Source of the DNA: Geosiphon pyriformis uo1
Lineage: Eukaryota; Fungi; Glomeromycota
Assembly: GCA_016748015.1 (NCBI GenBank)
Contig: JAAOMT010000518.1
Location: 445,556-509,555 of the forward strand
Length of the DNA stretch: 64,000 bases
Reading direction: 5' to 3'
The notes under the pieces were generated by a model that did not search any database, was not told the DNA's origin, and worked only from the letters and a program-made list of their open reading frames with translations. The position numbers and the translations under genes were made by a program. Positions 1 to 13,519 of this stretch are shown one piece after another. Each line of letters opens with the position of its first letter. Position 1 is the first letter of the stretch.

Positions 1-3000
1 CAGCTAAAGGGATACAGGAATTCGGATCAACAGGTAGAATAGATATACCAGTTAATATGACAGAGGAAAAAGTTATTGACAAGAGAGAAATTATCTCTAT
101 CCATCAATCAATTTCCATTCCATTATATGACCAGTATATAATAATTATAGAGAGAAAAGTAAGGGATCAAGTTCAGATTTTTGAGATAGAAGCAACATTT
201 TGTAAATCAGGAAAGATGAGATTAGTTAATCTACACATATCAGTCAAGAACCACAACTACATCAAAATTCCCATTTACAACAACACAGAAAATGTCTTTA
301 AGATACCAGAAAGAACCACCATTGGATACTTAACTACTAAAATTAAAGATCAACTGCCAAACACCATTCCAGACTTTTCACAACTTTGCAAATATGTGGA
401 TATTATATCACAAACAATATATGAACAAAATAACTGTTATTTGCTCCAATCAGAACAATTGGAACAGATGAACTTGGGAAATCTAGATCCACTACAATGA
501 ATGCAATTCAAGATGCTACTCAACAATTTCAATAACATTTTTGCCAGTGAAAACAAATTTGGCAGAACTGACATCATCTAATATCAAATTAAAACTGGAG
601 ATGCAATGCCAATTAAACAGAGAGCATACAGAGTACTACCCATAAGCCATGAGATTATTTGTTAAGAAATCAATTGGATGTTTGACAATGAGCTAATTCA
701 GCCATCAATAAGTTTATGGTCATCACTAATGGTACTAATCTGTAAGAAGAATGGGAAAATCTGCTTTTATGTGAATTACTGAAAACTAAATAGAGTAACC
801 AAAGAAGATAGGTATCCGACTCCAAAGATTCAAGAGTTGTTTGATGCTTTTGGAGGAAAGAAATAGTTTTTAACTTTGGACTTAGACAGTGGTTACTGAC
901 AGGTAGCCATGAAACTGAAAGATAAAAAGAAAACAGCTTTTACAACACAAGAAGAAAATTTTGAATTCGAGATTATGCCATTCAGCTTAATGAATGCTCC
1001 AGCTATCTTTCAGTGGCTAATAAAAATTGTCTATATGAGACTACTATAGAAATCAGTAGTTATATACTTGGATAACACCAATTTGTTCTCAAAAACATTT
1101 GATGATCATCTGCATCATCTCCAACAAGTATTTGAAAGACTCAGACAGGCAGAATTGAAATTAAATGCCAACAAGTGTTTTTTGAAAAAACAGAACTCAA
1201 GTTTTTGGGATATGTTGTAAGCAAAGCTAGTATTAAAACGGATCCAGATAAGATTGCAATAGTAAAAAACTTTTTAGTACCAACCAACTTGACAGAACTA
1301 AGAGCATTCTTGGGATTTGCTAGATATTATTGGCATTTTATCAAGGACTTTTCTAAACTGGCTCAGCCACTTCATCATTTACAAACTAAGAATGTAAAAT
1401 ATGAATGAACAGAAACTCAACAAAAAGCATTCAACATACTGAGAAGAAAGCTTATTCAAGCTTCAGTATTGATATATTCAGATCACAGCAAACCATTCAT
1501 TATCATTACTGATGCATCAGGCCAAGCATTGGGAGCAGTATTATTACAAAAAGAACCAGATGCAAGAGAACATCCAGTAACTTATGCCAGTAGAAGCTTA
1601 AGTCCAGCTGAAAAAAACTATGGAACTCCAATATTGGAACACTTAGTTATCTATTGGGCTGTTATCAAATAGAAAGAATACTTGAGTCAAAAGTTTGATG
1701 TGTACATTAATCACAAAGAATTGACTTCAATCCAGAAACAAAAATTTGGAGATGATTGCCATATCAGATGAAAAATAGAACTTTCATCATTTAATTATAC
1801 AATACATATAAAAAAGGAAAAAAAAATGGAAATGCCAACAGATTGTCATAAATAAGACAAATCTAAAAACATTTCAACCCAAAAATATAACAAAAGATAA
1901 ATATACAAAAATATCAACAACTCCAATATTATATAAATATCCAATTGTTCAAGAAAAAATTATCTTAAAAGGAACAAAGAAACATAAAACAACAATCAAA
2001 ATATTTTATCAACCATCAAAATATACTTTACCAGAAGAACAAAAAAAATCTAGATCTACCAACCAGAGTAATCACAGAACCAGAAAAAGAGACAATATTA
2101 TTTAACATACACTTAGAGCCAATAACAGGATATTTTTATAAATAAGCAACCATAGAAAGAACCAGAAAAAGATACTATTGACTATCAATATATCCAGACA
2201 TCATCTAATATGTTCAAAATTGTGATGTTTGTCAAAAAAGAGGTAGAACAAAACCCAGTGAACCATTAAGAACAATTAAAGTAAGACAACTATTTGATTG
2301 TATCAGAATTGACTTAGTCAGACCATTAACAATCACCAGCAGAGGCAACAGATATATTGCAGTAACTATGAATTATCTCACAAAATAGCCAGAAGCAAAA
2401 GCCATTTAAAGAGCAAATGCAGAATCTATTGCTGAATTCATTCATCAAGAGTTGATTTGTTAACACAAATGTCCAAAAAAACTATTATCAGATCAAAGAA
2501 CTCATTTTGTAAATAGAACATTAGAAGAATTAAGCCAAAAATTTGGGATAAAAAGACCATTATCATCACCATATCATTCATAAACAAATGGACTAGTTGA
2601 AAAGTTTAACAGAATATTGTGTGAAGCCATTGCCAAAATCAGCCAAAAAAATCAAGATGAATGGAATTTGTTTATACCATTAGTATTATTTGCTTATCAG
2701 ACAATGAAACAAAATAATACACAAACAACATTATTTGAATTAGTATATAGTAAAACAGCAATACTACCAGTAGAGATAGAAATATGAACATATCCAACAG
2801 AACCAATAACAGAAGAGAATTTCCAAAAAACATTGTTGAAAAGAACATATAACTTAATGGAAACACCAGAAAACAAAAGGTAAAGAGCAGCTGATAACAT
2901 TCAAAAGTTACAAGAAAAACAAAAAAAAAGACACAATAACCAACTACCAAAGAAACCAGTTGAATTCAAGATTGGAGACAAAGTACTTCTATATTATACT

Positions 3001-3332
3001 AAAGTGAAAAAACAATAGAGTGAAAAATTTGATCCCAAATGGAACAAACCATTTCACATAGAAGAAATTCTTAGAAATAGAGCTTATAAATTAAGATTAA
3101 ACAACAAAATCTTAACCAAAACAGCACATGGTGATCGACTGAAACAATATCATTATATAATATCATCATCTATCAGTAATATTCCACAATTAGAAGTACA
3201 GAGAATATTAATTAAACCAGATGAGATTTCATGAGATCTAGAACCAATTATAATTATTAAACCAAACACATAAAATCAAACAACCAAGGAGTATATAAAA
3301 GACATGGTATATGTGACAAAAAACAACAGAAA

Positions 3333-3962
3333 ATGGAGATTACTAACAGTATTCACTCACTAGCACAACAATTCTTTTAATTAATTCAACAACAAAAGAT
3401 AGAAATTACAATTAACCAATAAACTATTAGATACACAAACATCAAAAAGAGAACATGAGACAAAACACAGAGAAAAACAGAAAACACTGTTGACAAAATA
3501 ATCACAAAAGTAAAACTGGTAATAGAAACACAACCAAAAGTAACCTAATATTAAGAGTTAACTATAAAAACTTGGGATTGGTGGATACAACAATTTCCAA
3601 GAAACTTTTGTTACTTCTATTTGGGACAACACTTGAACATCCAGAACTTATATATAGATAAAACAAAATGATTATTTGACACAACAATATTGCAACAACT
3701 AAAACAATTTGTGGGAAAAAACAATTTGATTACACAGACAAAAGCCATTTATCAGCTATATACTGGATTTCAAGATTGACCAGAAATCTTAATCAATTCA
3801 GAAATGGACTCTATTACCATTAACTAAATGGGAAAAATAACAAATACACAATTTAAAGACTTACAGAACAAGATATTACAAGTAATTCTTGAAAAAAAAG
3901 TTCAAAAAATACTCAAAGACAGAAAATTAAAATTAGGAGATTTTGACAGAGTTCAATATTAA
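3333..3962 (+). pseudogene. ORF3 of Gypsy copy A (unknown accessory protein, ~209 codons, in-frame stops)
   Basis: Manual translation MEITNSIHSLAQQF...QFPRNFCYFYLGQHLNIQNLYID...GDFDRVQY*. The 630 nt carry no net frameshift and are homologous to ORF3 of E and F. Confidence 0.75.
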
Positions 3963-3976
3963 AAAGAAGAGAATAA

Positions 3977-4843
3977 TATTACTCATAGAATATAAGAAGT
4001 ATATTAGCATATAAATTAGCCAATCAGAAGTAACTGTAGTAAATGTGAAATTTCAGAATTCCTCTCAGAAAAATTGCAGAATTCCAGAAATTTCAGGATT
4101 CTCGTATAAGGAATTGCAGGATTCCAGAATTCCAGAATTTTTCTTAAAGAAATTGCAAGATTTTAGAAATTCCAGGATTTCTGGTGTGAAAATTTGAGAA
4201 ATTGAGAAATTTTAATTATGTATATATAGCAGTAGTATTAGAAATAGAAAAGACAGACTTTGCAGTTTAGATTTAATCTAAGTGATCTTCTAACTTACAA
4301 ATATCAATAAATAATTATTTTTTATCTCAAATTCACTCTCCACTATCAACATGAAGTGTTGATAATAATTGATACTTAACCATACTGAAACAATAGCTCT
4401 TGATTATGGCTATTGACAGGATACTAATTTGCAATTGCTTTTACTTATTTCTTTATTTTCTTTTATTTTTCTTTTATTTCTTTTGCTATTTTTTTTGTTG
4501 TACTAATTAATTAAAGATTAAAAGCACTGAGATAAAGACATCATAAGAACTGGTAAAAGACCTGTAAAACAAGGGTAAAATACTCATAAATTTAAGGATA
4601 GCTTACCAGGAGGATTACCAACCACCACGCTAAAAAAAAAATTTGACAGAATTGCAATTCTGGGAGGCTACTGAAAACAATTATTAATTCTCTGTCCATT
4701 ATACAAAAAACTTCACAAAAAACCTTCAGATAACAATACCTTTGGATCCATAACACTGCTAACAACCAATATCAAGTAAGACATTGAGCACCAAGTTATG
4801 GGTTTGTTATTTGATTTAAGACCCCAAATAATCATCTGTAACA
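3977..4843 (+). repeat. 3' LTR of copy A
   Basis: Follows PPT aaaaagaagagaataa; starts tattac (decayed TGTTAC) and ends TGTAACA. TATA-like tatatatag at ~4221 and AATAAA at ~4306. R/U5 matches the LTR at 9933-10819. Confidence 0.9.
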
Positions 4844-7800
4844 ACATCTTATACAACACATTAAAAAAACTATTAAATACTTACAAACACTTGAACAAAA
4901 AACAAATATTAAATTACCACTTTTAATCACACTATTTTTAATTTTATTTGTTCAATTATAAATATCCAATTTTTCAATTATTTGGTTTTTAAAACCAGAA
5001 AACTTTACTTTATCTAAAAGTCTTATTTAGCAACAAAACCAATATTAATCAGTACTAATTTTATTGATTACTTATCAAAAAACCAAAGTAATTATTCTGA
5101 AAATTTAGGTAACAAAAAAAATGTTTCTGAATTTACTAAAAAAAAACTGCTAAAAAAAAAAAAAAAAATAACAACTGTTTACATTGCAAAAATTTCAGAA
5201 TTTACAGAAAAAAATACTAATACTAGTCTTTAAAAATGACTTAACAAAGTTTTAAAAACAGAAGATGTTAATAGATAAAACACAACAAGAAAGTTGAAAG
5301 CAATTTTTTATTTTTTTCAGAAAACAACAGAAAAATAGTTTGAAAACTTAAATAAACTTTTTGAAAACTAATAAGCATTTAAAAATGTTCTTTTAAAACA
5401 GTTTATTGACAACAATATCTTTATCATTCTCTAAAATTGGTTTAAAACATTAAACAAAAATTTTCTAAATCTGTTATAATTTATTTTAACAAATTTGTCA
5501 GTTAAAAACCAATGATTATTATTCTAATACTTAAATTTTAAACCAATTTATTACTAGACTCAAAAACAAATTAATAAAAAAGGTTTGCTTATATGTCTCT
5601 AAATATTTAGTTATAGTTATTCAATATTCAAAAGTCTATAAAATAGTTATAAAAAAACCAATTATATCAAACTTATCAATTTAACTATTGAAAAAACCAG
5701 CTTAGCAGCTAAAAAAAATTAACTAACTAATCAAAAAAGCCAAAAACTATTTTATTAATTAACAACAATAGCAATAAAAGTATTAGCCACCTCAATAACA
5801 CAACTAAAACAATAATTTACCATTATTTAATAACTAACTTCAAAGCTGTTATTATTATAGAATTTTAAGATACTAGAAACAAGATTGCAAGAAGTTACAA
5901 CAAGATTAACAACAAAAAAATAATTAATATTATTTCCAAAATTAGCAATCTTATTACCAACTTCTATCATTAGCTTATTATTTATTAAAATCTTAATATT
6001 AAAACAATTATTACCAATTTGTTTTACAACTAATATAACAATATTAGCAATTTTTACAGATTCAATAATATTAATTACTATTTATTTAATAATACTAAGT
6101 ACTTACTAAAAAATTGGTTTAACAAACCCAATTTTTATCTCAAAACTAATTTTTAATAAACAACAACAGAACAAATTTCAATAATTAATTAGTTTTCCAA
6201 AGCAATTTACAACAGAAATTTACACACTACTATATTTAACTTAGTTACTTAACAATACCAAAAAAATCGGATTTTTAACAAACTGTACTTTTTAAAAGTA
6301 AAGTTACAGCAATAAAACAAAACTTTTTCAACAATAATTATACTATTTTATAATTTAAAATTGCTAAAAATACTAATCTTTTAAATATTTTTCTATTTGA
6401 ATTCAAAGCAAACAAATTACCATTTTTGTTTAGCAATACAATTATTATAAAACAAAAACAATTACTGTTATATATACTAAAACAAATATTAAAGGAAAAC
6501 CAATTTAATTAATCTTAAACAATAAATTTGCTGAAAACATTATTACTTATTAATTAATATAACAGCTTAAGTAAATATTAATAAACCTGCTTAAATAATT
6601 ATTGTTATAACAAATAGTATAAAAAAAATTCTATTTGGAAAAATTAACAACTTTTTTTTTATAATTAATAGAATTATTATTCCAATTAAAGTTTTAGTCA
6701 TAGATATATCTCAATATTAAGCTTTTGTCAGCAATAATTGACTTTTTAAAGCCAATACAAATTTAGATTGAGAAATCCAAAAATTAAAAATCTCATATTA
6801 AAAACAATATACTAGAATATTTGCTATTTATAATATTTTTAACAAATAATTTAAAAAAGTCTTAGTGTTTGAATTTGAAAAAAAAGCTAATTACCAAAAC
6901 TTAGATAATTCTTAAATTAATATTTAATTGGGCTGAAAAAACAGATTAATTATTTAAAATATCTATATCACAATCAAAAATATTATGGGCTAAAAAAACT
7001 AGTTAATAATCTATTTTTGCAATTAAACTAGTTAACAGTTAATATGGCTTATATTTAAAACCAAAACCAAAAAAACAATCACCTTATATTTCACTTATTG
7101 CAACAAAAAGCTTTTATTTATAAAAGTTTACATATTATCAGAAAAAAAATATAAAACTTGTATCTGTTATTACTATAAAATCTGTTACTAAATACAATTT
7201 GACAGCCCAAAACAAAACAGAAAATAGAATAACAGATTCTGTTTTACATGTAAAAACTATCAAAAAAATACAACTAAATTAATATTACAATAAGAAGAAA
7301 AATTTGCAATTAAACTTGTTAATATGTTTTATTAATCTTAAAAAAAGTAAAAAAAAAACTTTTTTTAATACAATATATATTAGTATTTTTAACAAACTCT
7401 ATTATAATTTACATAATGCTAAAATAATTTATAATCTTGTTATAGTTTTAAACAATAAAGCTACTTAGGAAGATGTTTGTCAAATAAAAGAAGCAAAATA
7501 CATTAAATATATAATAAAATTAGCTAAATTTGATTATAAAAATAAAATAAAACTTTATTATCTAATTTTTAGCTATGCATATTTTTTAAAAAAAACTCAA
7601 ATTTAACAATTAAAACAAATAATCATTTAATTATATGAAGAATATATTATGTTTTATAATAACTAATAGTGTTTAAAATACTATTTTTTTAGTATACTAT
7701 TACTATTAAAAATAATAAATACAAAATCGAATTTGAAGAACCTAAAGAAAAAAAAATTGTTAATAACACCTATCTATTTACTCAAAAATTAACCAGTATT

Positions 7801-9932
7801 ATAACTAAAATACTTTAATAACAATGATTAAGAGATTAAACCAAAAAAAACTTATAATATTAATATAAAATATAACTCTACAATATTCACAAAAAATACT
7901 CTGGTTCTCCAACCAAAGTTTTTAACAAAAATTAATTTTAAAATTGCTTTTAAAATTTTATTAGGAGCAATAGTTCAGATTATTATTGGCAAATAAAAAA
8001 ATTAACATTAAAAAAAGAGTTATAGATATAAGATATACAAAAAACATTACTGTTATATTACAAAATAAAATTAAAAAATCTTTTAAAATAGAATATGATA
8101 AAAATTGTTCAAGTTATTTATCTACTTTTAATTAATATTTCAGATTTACAATCAATTGATTAAAGAAAACAATTAGGCAAAAGCAATAAAAAAACTCAAG
8201 ATTTTGGTTTAATAAGATAATTTACAGTTTCAGTTAATATTGTACTTAATATACAGAATGAATTTTACCAAATTTTGTGACTTTTCCAACCAATTATTAT
8301 TTTACTCTTTGGAAAATATTACGAAATTTACATTTGTTTAAAATCTATTATCACACAACAAATTTTTAAATCAAATAAACAAATTTATACAAAGCACAAA
8401 ATTTCAATTCCAAATATTTATATTCTTAAAAGAATAAAAAAATTCAAAGTTATATTTTATAATTTTAATAACTATCTTATTATTTTATTAAATAAATTAG
8501 AAATCAGAATCATATATAACAATATTTTTCAAAAAAAACTTCTCAAATTGTTTCTAATTTTATTAAAATTGTAAAACAAACTCTTTTTTAAATTTAAGTA
8601 TTATTTTTAGCACTAAAAATTATTATATCATTAAAAAAACTATCTCAACTTAATATAAGTCTACTAAAACTACAACAGTAAAGACAATTAAAACAATTTA
8701 TTATTAAATATGTTAATATATTTATAAGAGATAATAATAATTTAAAAAAAACCAATATTGTTTAATATTAAATTCATATAAAAGATGCTTTATTAAAATG
8801 TTAACAAACATACTAAGTTCTATCTACTAGCTACTAATTTATTAGAAAAAAATATAACAAATGCTCAATAATAGTCTTATTTAGTTATCAAAAAGCTTTT
8901 AAGTTTTATTAATAGTTTTAATTAAAAAGAAAAATAGAAAAATTCGATTTTGTATTAATTATTAACAACTGAATAATATTATAATTAGAAATATATATTT
9001 TTTATCTAAAATTGACAATATGCTAAATACTTTAAGAAAAACCAAGTTCTTTTCAACTTTAGACTTGAAAAATAAATACTAACAAGTCGAAATAGATTTA
9101 AAAAACCATTTAAAAACAGTCTTTACTACTTAAAAAAAGAAACTACAAATTTAATATAATGTTTTTTAAACTTTATAATACATTAACAATATTTTAAAAA
9201 CTCATAAATATTGTTTACAAAGAATTTTTATAATAATTAATAATTGTTTATTTTAATAACACTAATATATACTCTTTAAATTTTGAAGCTTATTTGATTT
9301 ACTTGTAAAAAGTTTTTTAACAATTATAAAAAGCAAAATTAAATTTAAACATTGGCAAATATTACTTTAAAAAAACAAACTTGGCCTTTTTTGGCTATAT
9401 TGTTAACAAAAATAGAGTTAAATCTAATCTAAAAAAAATTAATGCTATAAAAAATTTCAAAGTTCTTCAAAACATTATTAAATTAAGAAGATTTATTAAA
9501 TTGGCTTTTTATTACCAAAAATTCATCAAAAATTTTTTGGAAATTGCCAAACTATTCAACTATTTGACCAACAAAAATGTTAAATATCAATAAATCTTTA
9601 TTTAACAAAAGACTTTTGACATATTAAAAAAAATTAACAACAGCTCTAATTTTTGTTTATTCTAATTTCAACAAACTATTAATGCTTTATATATTACATT
9701 TGATGCTATCTTATTATAATTAAATAATAATAACAATAAACAAGTCATTACTTATGCCAACAGAATTTTTAAACTTACAGAAACAAAATATGAATCTATT
9801 AAATTAGAAACAGCAGTTATTATCTGGACTTTTAAATATTTTTAACAATACTTATAAAAAAAAAGAATTTAATATTATTACTAACAATATTGGTCTTAAA
9901 TAGCTTAACAAAAAGAGTTTAGAACTTAATGT

Positions 9933-10819
9933 TGTTACTTATAGAAAAAAAAACAAATATAGAAAAATAGTAGACCAATAAGAGAATAGTAGTTAGCATG
10001 TGAGCACATTGCTCAGCAATGTGAAGCAATGTCAGAAATCATGGCACATTGCTCAGCAATATGGAGCAATGTTAGGAATTATGGCACATTGCTCAGCAAT
10101 ATAGAACAATGTCAAAAAAATACAGCACATTGCTTAGTAATGTGAGCATTGTTTGAAGAATTATAGCACATTGCTTGAGAATGTGAGCAATCTCATAGAA
10201 CTCAAATTATGTATATATAGTAGTAGCATTAGAAGTAGAAAAGACAGACCTCTCAGTTTAGATTTGATCTAAGCAACCTTCTATTTACAAATATTAATAA
10301 ATAATTATTTATTATCTAAATCCACTTTTCATTATCAACACTTCATGTTAATAGCAATTGATACTTAACCACACTGGAACAATAGCTCTTGATCATAGCT
10401 ATTGATGAGATACTAACTTGTAATTGCTTTCATTTATTTTTTTATCTTTTTTTATTTTCTTTTATTTCTTTTTGTTATTTCTTTGGTTTTACTAAACTGA
10501 TTAAAGATTAAGTGCTGAAATACAGATGTCATAGGGACTGGTAAAAAACCTGTAAAACAAGGGTAGAACACTTATAGATTTGAGGATAGCTTACCAGAAG
10601 AATTACCAGTTACCATGCTGAGAAAAAAATTTGATGAAACTGTGGTTTCGGGAAGTTATGGATAAAACTATCAATTAAATCTCTGTTCATTATACAAAAA
10701 ACTCAACAACAAAACCTTCAGATAAACCACATCTTCAGATATCAACACCAGAATACCAATCAAACACCAAGTTACGAATTTGTTATTTGACTTAAGACTC
10801 CAAATAATCATCTGTAACA
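9933..10819 (+). mobile_element. Solo LTR inserted in the RNase H region of copy B
   Basis: TGTTAC...TGTAACA termini; 4-bp flanks ATGT/ATGA. U3 matches the LTRs of element E and R/U5 matches LTR A. Confidence 0.9.
10003..10192. repeat. U3 tandem array of ~40-bp units, each with a 19-bp palindrome CACATTGCT(C)AGCAATGTG
   Basis: Five units are visible. The same array occurs reverse-complemented at ~47465-47655 and ~56790-56985. Confidence 0.85.
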
Positions 10820-13519
10820 ATGACAAACAATTTTAATAGACTGATTTTTTAGCTAATTACAAATATATTATCTATTACAAACCTAAAAAATTACATATAA
10901 ATATGAATAGTCTTTCAAGAATAAGACAAAATTAACACTAATACTAATTTTACTACTACTTAATCAAATAATTAATAATAAACAATGAATTCCAAAAACT
11001 ACAATCACATCAAAAATTATTTGAAAATTTTTATCATGTCAAAAAATTGATATTTAAATAAAAAACACTGATTACAATACTAATAAAAATAATATTTTTT
11101 ATACTATAACAAAATTTATTACTAAAATTATCAAAATTTAAATAAACTATTCAAATTAGTACAATAAAATAAAATAAAAAACAATTTTATATAACATATA
11201 TACAGATCTTTTATTAGTATACTTAAAAAAAATAATATTATGTAAAAAATACTTAAACATTATTTTTGGCTTTATATACAAAAAATTATTTGACAACATA
11301 TAGAATTTTGTAATAGTTGTCAAAAAAGAAAAGAAACTTGTTTTACTAAATCTTTAAATTCAATTAAAGTTAAATAATTTTTTAATAGAATTGGTATTAA
11401 TTTAATTGAACCACTACTGATTACAACTTAAAAAAACTGTTATATTATAATTGCAGTAAATTATTTTACCAAATAGTCTAAAGCCAAAGCTATTTAAAGA
11501 GCAAATACAAAATCAATGGTAAATTTTATTTACAAAGACATCATTTGTAAATACAAATGCTTGAGTAAACTTTTATTTAATAAAAAAACATATTTTGTAA
11601 ACAATTTAATACAAGAAATTTGTAAAAAATTCAATATTAAATAACTTTTATTATTACTTTATTATTTACAAACAAATAAACTAGTAAAACAATTTAACTA
11701 AACATTATATAAATCATTAATCAAAGTTTTAACTAACTTTAAACAAAAATAAGATATCTTTGTTTTATTAGTATTATTAGTATATAGAATACTAAAACAA
11801 GATATAATAAAGCACATACTATTTGATTTGACTTATAAAAAAACAGTAATATTATTAATTAATTTTACTATAAAAACATATCCAATACAACCAATTACAG
11901 AAAAAACTTTTAAAAAATATTTCAAAAAAGAAGTTATACTTTACTTAATATATTGAAAAGAAAATAATAAATTGCAGCCATTTATATTAAACACTTTTAA
12001 GCTTAACAAAAAGAATAATATAATAACAAACTATTACTTATTACTAATAAATTTAAAATTGGAAATAAAGTTTTTTTATATAGAATTAAGACTAAAAAAC
12101 AAAGAAATAGAAAATTTAATCATAAATAGAATGAACTATTTTATATCTATAAAGTTCTAAACAATAAATTATACAAATTAAAACTTAATGACAAAATTTT
12201 AGCAAAAGTTGTACATAAAGATTAATTGAAATATTATTACTTTAAAACTAATTCTGAATTATTAATTTTACAAATTAGTATATATTCTTCTTTAATTAAA
12301 TCCAAAAATATTTTTCAAAACTTATAATTAATAATTGTAATAAAACAATAATTAAATTAAGATATTTAATTTATTTATTATATTAGTATTTTTTTTAAAA
12401 AATAATATAAAAACATTAAAGAAAAATAAAAAGATAATTGTTAAAAAAATATTTAATCCAAAAATAATTTTATTTTTCACAAAAATTTAGTATTTTTCAT
12501 AAATTATAATAATTATTTCTTGAAACATTTAACAAATATTCCAAAAATTAATGTTAGCTTTAAAAATATTTTTTAACTTATCTATAATAATTAATAAAAG
12601 CAGTAAATATATTTCTATTTATTGATACTTCTAAATTAAAAAAACACTGTACCAATAAAAACTAAAATTCAATACAAATAATCTTACTTTAAAAGCCATA
12701 TAAAAACAAATTTATTATAAATTTAAGACAATAGTTGAATCAACAAATATGCACTACAAATTCAGAACAGTTTTTAAACTTCATAACTTATTTAATACTT
12801 GCAAAAACGTTTCACAAAATCTAATACTCTAATTAATAAAGATACAATATATTGATAAGTTCACAAAACTGAAATTTTAACAATTTTTAGATCAAATTAC
12901 TTTAATAATACTGAATTATTATCTAGATATTACAGATAGTACTTAGATTTTAACAAAACTTAATCTTAAGAAAAAAATTATATTATCAGTAGAAATTTAA
13001 GATATTAATTAGCATGAAATTATTTTTATAATTCTTATTATTAATTTATATATATTATTATTTTAATTTATTACTTATTATCTTATTAAATTATTTGAAT
13101 TACTATTTAACTAATAATTCAATTTGTAAATTACACAATACTCCAAACTATATAACATTCAAAAATTTACCAAAATTTGTAAAAATTCACCAAAATAATT
13201 AAATAATTTATAAAAATAATCAGTAGTTTGTTAAAAATATATCTTTAGTATAGCAAAATAATAGCAAAAAAAAAATACAAGTTTATAAACTAGTATTATA
13301 ATAAGTTATATAAAAGAAAAGCTTTGTTTTTTAAAAAAATATATTTTAGTTAAAATTATTTTTTATTAAAAATATTTTTTTAATATTTTTTATTTTATTT
13401 TATTTAATGAGTAAGATCCAAACACAACTTAGTGCTATATATCAAAGAAATGATTTAAACTAAGTGTGAATCATGTACTTTCTACACGTAACCAGCCACT
13501 CGGGCCAATCAGGACAACA

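Larger units (their letters stand above)
1..4843 (+). mobile_element. Ty3/Gypsy LTR retrotransposon copy A (5' part outside window), degenerate; inserted in copy B
   Basis: Starts in the dUTPase C-terminal motif (AKGIQEFGSTG). RT lies at ~600-1250 (TLDLDSGY, IMPFSLMNAPA, VIYLDNT), RNase H has ITDASGQALGAVL, integrase lies at ~2100-3150 and ORF3 at 3333-3962. PPT and 3' LTR end in TGTAACA at 4843. Many stop codons. Confidence 0.93.

Noticed and set aside
2672-2950. Hydrophobic antisense ORFs (also 48460-48717, 52989-53210, 62986-63216)
   Set aside because: Shadows of A-rich pol and gag sequence on the opposite strand.
10003-10192. CRISPR-like palindromic repeat-spacer pattern (also ~47465-47655 and ~56790-56985)
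   Set aside because: The spacers resemble one another, the array lies inside LTR U3, the context is eukaryotic and no cas genes are present.
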